A stretch of DNA of 61,278 bases from positions 1 to 61,278 of the IMG/VR virus record IMGVR_UViG_3300036393_000024. The stretch is one strand, 5' to 3'. This DNA is from a virus. Taxonomy: Duplodnaviria; Caudoviricetes. The notes under the pieces are model-generated. The model was not told the DNA's origin and ran no database searches. It saw only the letters and a program-made list of their open reading frames with translations. The position numbers and the translations under genes were made by a program. How positions within the stretch are numbered: the first letter of the stretch is position 1; each line of letters starts with the position of its first letter. Positions 55,880-61,278 of the stretch are shown here, piece after piece.

Positions 55880-57279
55880 TAGCTGGTCGCTCCCCGGGTG
55901 GCCGCCTCCGGGTCGGTGACGCACCGTTCGATGTCGGAGAGCTCGTAGCCCCACGCGGCCAGCTGGCCGAGGTAGAACCGGTCCACGCCCCGGTGCCCAC
56001 CGGTTGGCGATCGCCAGCAGTGCACGTCGGTGGTGTTCTCCCACGCGGCCAGCAGGGTCGCGGCCGCGAGCACCAGGGCCCGCTTCGAGCTGGCGCCCGG
56101 GCTCAGGAAGCCCTGCAGCTGCTCGTCGATCCGGGTCGTGGGCCCGGCTTCGTCGGGCTCAAGGAGATGCCGCAGCAGCTCGTGGTGGTTCTCGATGGCA
56201 CGGCGCAGGCAGTCGTCGCGGCGCAGCAGCGCGGCCGCGATGAACTGCTCGGCGCCGGCGGGCGGCCGGGTGCGGCGGGCGAACTCAGCCAGCCAGCGCC
56301 GCCGCACCTGCTCGGCCGCCCGCCATGCCCGGTTGCCGGCGATCACGTCGGCGCGGTCCTGGCGGGCCGCTTCCGCGTCGAGGGTGCCCGACGCCCCACC
56401 CGCGTGCACCCGGCGCTGGGTGCACACGTACTCGGCCCGCCACGTCCACTCAGTGCGGCCGTGGACGTAGCTGTTGCCCTGGCTGAGGTACGCGGCGTGC
56501 CCGGGGCAGTCCCGGTGCTTGGCCGGCGTGATCCCGAGGGACTGCAGCGTGCTGGTGCTCGACCAGTCCACCCGCTCGAGCGCGGTGACTCCGGCGGCGG
56601 CGAGCTCAGCGGCGACCCGGGCCCGCGCGGCGGCCGACAGGCGGTCGTCGCGGGCCCGCTGCACCGCGTGGTCGAACAGGCCCCGGCCGGCGGCTGCAGT
56701 CAGCTCCTCGACGACGTCGGGCTCGTCATCGAACTCGGCGATCGCGGCGGCCTGCGCCAGGTTCAGATCAGGGTGGGTGACGGTCACCGCGCGGGCGGTG
56801 GCGCTGGCCGCGACCGCCAGAGCCGCGTCGACGTCGCCGCGGCGCAGCGCAGAGCGTCGCACGATCTCGCCTGCGGGGATCCCGATCAGCGCCAGCTGTT
56901 GCACCGCGATGGCCCGGTCGGCGGTGGTGTTCGGGGCCCGGTGCGCGTTCTCCACCAGCTGGTCGAACAGCCGGCTCTCGTCCTCCGGCGGCACGGTGAG
57001 CATCACCGGCACCCACGGCAGCCCTTCGGCGGCGGCGAAGTAGGCGCGCCGCTGCCCCATGTGCACCTGAACCCGCCCGTCGTGCAGGTAGGCGACGATG
57101 GGCTGCAGCACCCCCCGGGCGCGGATCGAGGCGGACATCTCCGGATCCGGGGTGACGTCGACGCGCACGTTGCGGCCCAGCACCAGCTCCCCGGGCGGCA
57201 TCCGGTACACCCGGGTGCCCAGCTCGGGCTCCCCGGCCAGCAGCTCGGCGGTCGTGATCACCCGCTCCTCGGTGTTCAC
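55879..57279 (-). CDS. Second, large ParB-N-domain protein
   Basis: GRNVR...SIRARGVLQPI...GQRR...QLVENAHR; long C-terminal region with CPGH. Confidence 0.8.
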   Translation of the reverse strand: MNTEERVITTAELLAGEPELGTRVYRMPPGELVLGRNVRVDVTPDPEMSASIRARGVLQPIVAYLHDGRVQVHMGQRRAYFAAAEGLPWVPVMLTVPPEDESRLFDQLVENAHRAPNTTADRAIAVQQLALIGIPAGEIVRRSALRRGDVDAALAVAASATARAVTVTHPDLNLAQAAAIAEFDDEPDVVEELTAAAGRGLFDHAVQRARDDRLSAAARARVAAELAAAGVTALERVDWSSTSTLQSLGITPAKHRDCPGHAAYLSQGNSYVHGRTEWTWRAEYVCTQRRVHAGGASGTLDAEAARQDRADVIAGNRAWRAAEQVRRRWLAEFARRTRPPAGAEQFIAAALLRRDDCLRRAIENHHELLRHLLEPDEAGPTTRIDEQLQGFLSPGASSKRALVLAAATLLAAWENTTDVHCWRSPTGGHRGVDRFYLGQLAAWGYELSDIERCVTDPEAATRGATS

Positions 57280-57785
57280 CTCGACGTCCCTCCGCGCCCG
57301 CCGCTCGCCGGCCGCCTGTCCCGCCACAGCCCGCTGGTAACGCCGTTAACACCGGGGGCGGACGGGATCCGGCTGACCCCGGTCACCGCCTCCGACACCA
57401 CCTCGATGCCCATGAGCCGCTCCGCCACGTCCCGGTCCGAGATGAGGGCCTCCGGGACACAGCCGTGCTCGCAGCGCAGGCTCTGCGTCACCCCGAACAC
57501 CCGGCAGATCAGCGGCCGCACTTCGTAGACCCGGCAGGTGTTCAGCCCGGACAGCGCTGGGCACCGCACCCGCTCACCGGCGGCCACCCGGCCCCGGAGC
57601 GCCATCTGCTCGCCCCGGTCGGGCAGCTCCACCCCGCGCGCCCGCAGCCGTTCCCGCTCGAGCTCGGAGGCGTCGATGACGGTGCAGGAGTCGTGGCAGA
57701 GGCCTCGGCACACGATCCCGGGCACCGAGTCGTACAGCTCGTCGAGCTGCTCGAGCGCCTCGGTGCGGGTGGGCCGGGCCTTCAC
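57276..57785 (-). CDS. YkgJ-like cysteine-cluster protein
   Basis: CRGLCHDSC...CPAL...CRVYEVRPLICR. Confidence 0.8.
   Translation of the reverse strand: MKARPTRTEALEQLDELYDSVPGIVCRGLCHDSCTVIDASELERERLRARGVELPDRGEQMALRGRVAAGERVRCPALSGLNTCRVYEVRPLICRVFGVTQSLRCEHGCVPEALISDRDVAERLMGIEVVSEAVTGVSRIPSAPGVNGVTSGLWRDRRPASGGRGGTSR
57336..57350. promoter_or_regulatory. 15-bp parS-like palindrome, copy 7
   Basis: GGTAACGCCGTTAAC, about 57 bp upstream of the second ParB-like gene. Confidence 0.7.
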
Positions 57786-58474
57786 CGGACATCACCGCCG
57801 GTGGCCACCGCCGGGGGCGGGAGCAGTCGCAGCGCCCGCTGGTGCTCGCGGTCGAGCTGGTCGAGCGCCGGCTTGCCCTGCCGGGCGGCTTCCTGCTGCA
57901 GCAGCGGCAGTCCGCTGTCGATCGAGGCGAGCACCTCGTCACGGGTGGCCGGCCGGCCGTGGGCCCACCAGGTGATCTGGGTGGGCTCGCCGACGTTGAA
58001 CAGCGCACCGCCCGGGGCGGCGAACGGCTTCCACGTCTTGGCGGACCACACCACCGCGACTCCGGGATTGCGGGGGATCATCTTCCCGGCGGGGTCCCGG
58101 ATGCCGCCCTCGATCAGGTCCAGGCCGCGCTCGCGGCGGACCATGTTCGGGGTCGACAGGAACGGGCACGCCCGGGCCGAGTAGAGCGCGCAGTCGAGGT
58201 GGCTGGGCGGCTCGGCGGAGACGCGGTTCACCGCGCACATCGGCCCGATCACGAACGCGGCGTGCTGGCCGCGCGGCTGCCCGCACACCCAGCACCACGC
58301 GAACCGGTAGGCGTCCGGGATTCCATCGCGGCGGATGACCCGGAAGTCCGGGACGCCGGCGGCGTCGATGTGCACGAACCACGGGATGGGCCGGCCGTGC
58401 TTGTCGGTGGGTAGCCGGCGCATCCGCTCCGGCAGCGTTAAGTCCCGCACCGGAGCCTGCACCTCGCCGCTCAC
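57782..58474 (-). CDS. Hypothetical phage protein
   Basis: GRPIPWFV..PDFR...CWVCG...GPMC...EPPSH.DCA.YS..ACPFL. Confidence 0.7.
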   Translation of the reverse strand: MSGEVQAPVRDLTLPERMRRLPTDKHGRPIPWFVHIDAAGVPDFRVIRRDGIPDAYRFAWCWVCGQPRGQHAAFVIGPMCAVNRVSAEPPSHLDCALYSARACPFLSTPNMVRRERGLDLIEGGIRDPAGKMIPRNPGVAVVWSAKTWKPFAAPGGALFNVGEPTQITWWAHGRPATRDEVLASIDSGLPLLQQEAARQGKPALDQLDREHQRALRLLPPPAVATGGDVR

Positions 58475-59100
58475 GTGTCCTCACCGTCTTCGTCCTTGCC
58501 GACGGCCTCGAACTCGGACGGGGAGATCCGCAGCGCCGCGTGCTCTCCATGGCCCGTGATCCAGCACTGGATGCGCTTGTCCGGGCCGGGGTCGGCGCGA
58601 TCGTCCGGGCCGTGCGTGGCGAACACCATCTGCGCGCCGTCGTGGTAGTCCGGGCAGTCGGTGCGGTAGTAGCGGGTCGACCAGCGCGACTGGTTCCGAT
58701 CACGCCCAGGCTGTGCGCCGCCGGCGGCCTGGTCCCCGGCGTCGGCGGCCGGCACCTCGTCGTAGGTGGCGGCGAAGATGTCCGGCTTGCAGGGGTACCG
58801 CTCGCCCTGCACCCCGGTGATGATCCAGTCGCCGGGGCAGACGACGTGCCCGCCCTCGAGCGTGTCGATCCAGCCGTGGTCGTGCATCAGGTGCTCGCAC
58901 GTCGGTCGCCGAAACCGTTCCGGGGTCTCGCAGTGGCGAAGCCGTCCCATCAGGATGGCGCTGTCGCCCGCGCTGACCTCGCCGGTGGCCGGATCCACCG
59001 GAGGGTGCCGGTAGAGGCCAACTACCCCGCGCTCGGAGTAATCGCCGTGCTTCCACCACTGCTCCGCCTCGATCTCGACGGGCTTCTTGCGGAACTTCAC
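58471..59100 (-). CDS. PGDYG-like phage protein with C-terminal extension
   Basis: KFRKKPVEIEAEQW...TLEG...PGDWIITGVQGERYPCKPDIF..TY. Confidence 0.75.
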   Translation of the reverse strand: MKFRKKPVEIEAEQWWKHGDYSERGVVGLYRHPPVDPATGEVSAGDSAILMGRLRHCETPERFRRPTCEHLMHDHGWIDTLEGGHVVCPGDWIITGVQGERYPCKPDIFAATYDEVPAADAGDQAAGGAQPGRDRNQSRWSTRYYRTDCPDYHDGAQMVFATHGPDDRADPGPDKRIQCWITGHGEHAALRISPSEFEAVGKDEDGEDT

Positions 59101-59546
59101 GAGCCCTCCCCTCGGCCCGGGCGCCCGACCGGCGCGGCGGGTTCGATGCTCAGTCCGGCGGCGGCCAGCGAGTTCCGGAGCGCGCTGAGCTGGTCGCCGA
59201 TCTCCATGACGTCGTGGAACTGGTTGCAGGCGCCGCAATAGCGGTTCGCCACGTCCTCGGGGTGGTAGCTGCGCCGCGTGCAGCGGGGGCACACGATCGA
59301 CAGGCGGTCTTCGCCGGCTGGCGCCACCGCTGGTGTTAACGGCGTTACCAGCTCGCTGCGGCCCGGCCAGTGCCGGTCGACGTCGGCGGCGGTCAGCCCA
59401 GCGCCCAGCACGGTGTCTGCCCGGGCAGCCAGGAACGCGGCAGCCTCCCGGGCCTGCTCCTCGCTGACCGGCTCCTCGCCGGCCCGGGGCACGCCCAGGA
59501 GCCATTGCAGCAGCGTGTTCACCGTGTTCCCCTCGCGGATGTTCAC
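59097..59546 (-). CDS. Hypothetical Zn-finger protein
   Basis: CPRC...SYHPEDV..RYCGAC..FH. Confidence 0.65.
   Translation of the reverse strand: MNIREGNTVNTLLQWLLGVPRAGEEPVSEEQAREAAAFLAARADTVLGAGLTAADVDRHWPGRSELVTPLTPAVAPAGEDRLSIVCPRCTRRSYHPEDVANRYCGACNQFHDVMEIGDQLSALRNSLAAAGLSIEPAAPVGRPGRGEGS
59335..59349. promoter_or_regulatory. 15-bp parS-like palindrome, copy 8 (reverse orientation)
   Basis: GTTAACGGCGTTACC. Confidence 0.7.
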
Positions 59547-59806
59547 CCGCCGCTCCCATCGGCCGGTGGCGGTGTCCAGCCGAGTCCGACCAGCGCACGG
59601 TGTGTCGACTCCGGGATCTCGACCACGGCCTCTCCCTCGATATCGGTCTCCAGCAGGAGGAGGTCGACGAGCAGCTGGTCGACTTCGTCGGGGTCGGTTC
59701 GGTACTCGAGGCGATACACCGAGTCGGCGATGTCGAGTCCGTCGATGAGCAGCTGCCGGTCATGTCGGCCCGGTCCGGATCGGATCTGGACCTTGCGCAC
59801 CATCAC
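59543..59806 (-). CDS. Hypothetical protein
   Basis: Coupled ORF. Confidence 0.6.
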   Translation of the reverse strand: MMVRKVQIRSGPGRHDRQLLIDGLDIADSVYRLEYRTDPDEVDQLLVDLLLLETDIEGEAVVEIPESTHRALVGLGWTPPPADGSGG

Positions 59807-60069
59807 TGGTCTCCCTCGGCGGCCGCCGCGTTCGAACGGGCCGCCGCGACGGTCGGAGTCGGGGCTGACCGCATCGCCTCGAGCGCTCGAGTGGGCTCAT
59901 CACGAACATGGCCGGGCTGCCGCAGCGCCAGCACAGTCCGATAGCCCCCTCGTGCGGGGCCCCGGTCGTGCCGCCGGCGGCGGAGTGCGCGTCCTGGTGC
60001 CTCCCACAGTGCGGGCAGACCGTGTGCAAGAACGTGACGTCTGTCCCGGGGGGCGGGTCCGGTCTTCAT
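59803..60069 (-). CDS. Small Zn-ribbon protein (frame at 5' end uncertain)
   Basis: CPHCG...CWRC in the overlapping 59760-60029 frame; region ambiguous. Confidence 0.3.
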   Translation of the reverse strand: MKTGPAPRDRRHVLAHGLPALWEAPGRALRRRRHDRGPARGGYRTVLALRQPGHVRDEPTRALEAMRSAPTPTVAAARSNAAAAEGDQ

Positions 60070-60464
60070 CGCGGCGACACCTCGCCCCGCCGACGCCGGT
60101 GGGCGCTCAGGATCTGCTGCAGCACGGACGGCGCGCCTTCACCGAGCTGTGGCAGATCGCTGCCCGGCGGATCCGGGTGCAGCGGGACTACGCGGCCGCC
60201 CGGAACTCTGTCCGGACCGGAGTCGTCCGGGATCGAAGCGGGCCAAGGCCCGGGGCCGGTGCAGGGGACCGCAGTCAGGCCCGGCTCGGGGAGCTCCTGG
60301 ACCACGACCGGTGGCGGTTCCAGCGCTGCACCCAGGTCGGTGAACGCGTCGACCAGAGCGATCGTGGCGTGTCCCAGAGCCACGACGGCCCGGACCAGAC
60401 CCGGGTCGCCGCCGCCCAGCTGCTCCAGCAGCTCCTCCGCCCGCTCGCGGTGCCACCGGCTCAC
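60066..60464 (-). CDS. Hypothetical protein
   Basis: GTGA coupling; AEELL...ALGHATIAL. Confidence 0.55.
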   Translation of the reverse strand: MSRWHRERAEELLEQLGGGDPGLVRAVVALGHATIALVDAFTDLGAALEPPPVVVQELPEPGLTAVPCTGPGPWPASIPDDSGPDRVPGGRVVPLHPDPPGSDLPQLGEGAPSVLQQILSAHRRRRGEVSPR

Positions 60465-60781
60465 GCTGCACCTCGGCTAGCAGCCGGGTGGCCCTCCTCG
60501 TCGGCGGACTCCGCCTCGCGCGGGTGTGGGTGCGAGCGGTCGGCCACGTGCTGTTGAGGCACGAAGAAGAGGCGGGCTACGGGGACTTGCAGGTACTCGG
60601 CGACCCGGGCGATCTCATCCACCCGGAAGGCCACCTGACCCAGCAGCCGCCGGGACAGCGCTGCCGTGGTCATACTCAGGACTGGCGCGAGCTCGGCCTG
60701 AGCTCGGCCCTGCTCGGCAAGCACGGCGCGGACCTGACGGCCCACGCTCTGTGCTGTACTAACGGTGCCGTTGGTGCTCAT
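60461..60781 (-). CDS. Cro-like HTH regulator
   Basis: VRAVLAEQGRAQAELAPVLSMTTAALSRRLLGQVAF.VDEI..VA..L.V; first gene of leftward operon. Confidence 0.8.
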   Translation of the reverse strand: MSTNGTVSTAQSVGRQVRAVLAEQGRAQAELAPVLSMTTAALSRRLLGQVAFRVDEIARVAEYLQVPVARLFFVPQQHVADRSHPHPREAESADEEGHPAASRGAA

Positions 60782-60903
60782 GTGCGGCACTGTAGCGCTG
60801 AGCGTGCCGTTTCTGTCAAGCTGACAGTGTTGCGTTCAGCGTGTCGTGGTATCCCAGAATCGCCAGTTGCTGCGGTGAGCGTGATTGCCTTACTCTGATT
60901 GGC
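60782..60903. promoter_or_regulatory. Divergent cro/repressor control region
   Basis: CTGTCA-agc-TGACAG 60813-60827; minus-strand TTGACA-N19-TACAGT-N7-ATG. Confidence 0.55.
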
Positions 60904-61278
60904 ATGACCTCGACCCACGGCGCCGCCATTCGCTCGGTGCCAACCGCAGCGGACCCCACGGCGGCCGAGGCCAGCGCCCAGTTCTTCCGGGACCAGGTGG
61001 CCGAAGAGGTCCGAGCGCTGATGGCGCGCCGGCGCATTCGCGGCCGGGCCGCCGCCAAGACGCTCGGGGTCTCACACACGTACGTGCATCGCCGTCTCAA
61101 CGGCGAGACCCCGTTCGACACCATGGACCTGGCGAGGTTCGCCGAGCTTCTGGACGTGCCTCTAGAGCAGCTGCTGCGAGGCCCAGTAGCTGCTTTCGAC
61201 GCGGCACCGGCTGCCACGTTGAGTGCGCAGCCGGTTACCGCTGGTGACGGAGAGGCTTACGGGATCAACCGAAAGTGA
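60904..61278 (+). CDS. Immunity repressor (XRE HTH)
   Basis: VAEEVRALMARR...AKTLGVSHTYVHRRLNGETPF...DL...AELLDV; divergent from Cro. Confidence 0.8.
   Translation: MTSTHGAAIRSVPTAADPTAAEASAQFFRDQVAEEVRALMARRRIRGRAAAKTLGVSHTYVHRRLNGETPFDTMDLARFAELLDVPLEQLLRGPVAAFDAAPAATLSAQPVTAGDGEAYGINRK

Larger units (their letters stand above)
1..61278. mobile_element. Temperate actinobacterial siphovirus, probable phage-plasmid or prophage
   Basis: Complete head/tail/lysis modules, Cro/repressor switch, ParAB, tyrosine recombinase, TA pair. Confidence 0.9.

Noticed and set aside
61255-61278. tRNA-derived att site inside the repressor 3' end (integration-dependent immunity)
   Set aside because: GGGATCAACC only loosely resembles a T-loop complement, and no second copy exists in the window.

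Overview
This window holds a near-complete, very GC-rich temperate siphovirus of an actinomycete; the host class is inferred from gene families. It starts a few codons into parA and ends at the stop codon of an HTH repressor. Gene order is: parAB and small genes, a short XerC-like tyrosine recombinase, regulators and HNH genes, hicAB, then HNH, terminases, portal, capsid and tail, then the lysis cassette, a peptide plus PIMT-like methyltransferase pair, a long leftward early/replication operon (Rep with internal repeats, Xis-like HTH, second ParB-like protein), and a Cro/repressor switch. ParAB, a repeated 15-bp palindrome, a resolvase-type recombinase and a TA pair suggest a phage-plasmid. 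Four signals stand out. (1) A two-gene imiditide/pamtide-like RiPP cassette is carried by the phage. (2) A 1526-aa tail protein carries metzincin, PhoD-like and PL7-lyase domains, and two of these have free-standing paralogues flanking the holin. (3) A dispersed parS-like array, GGTAACGCCGTTAAC, is embedded in genes. (4) A symmetric hicAB operator also appears to control a divergent unannotated small gene. All calls come from reading motifs by eye; no database searches were run.
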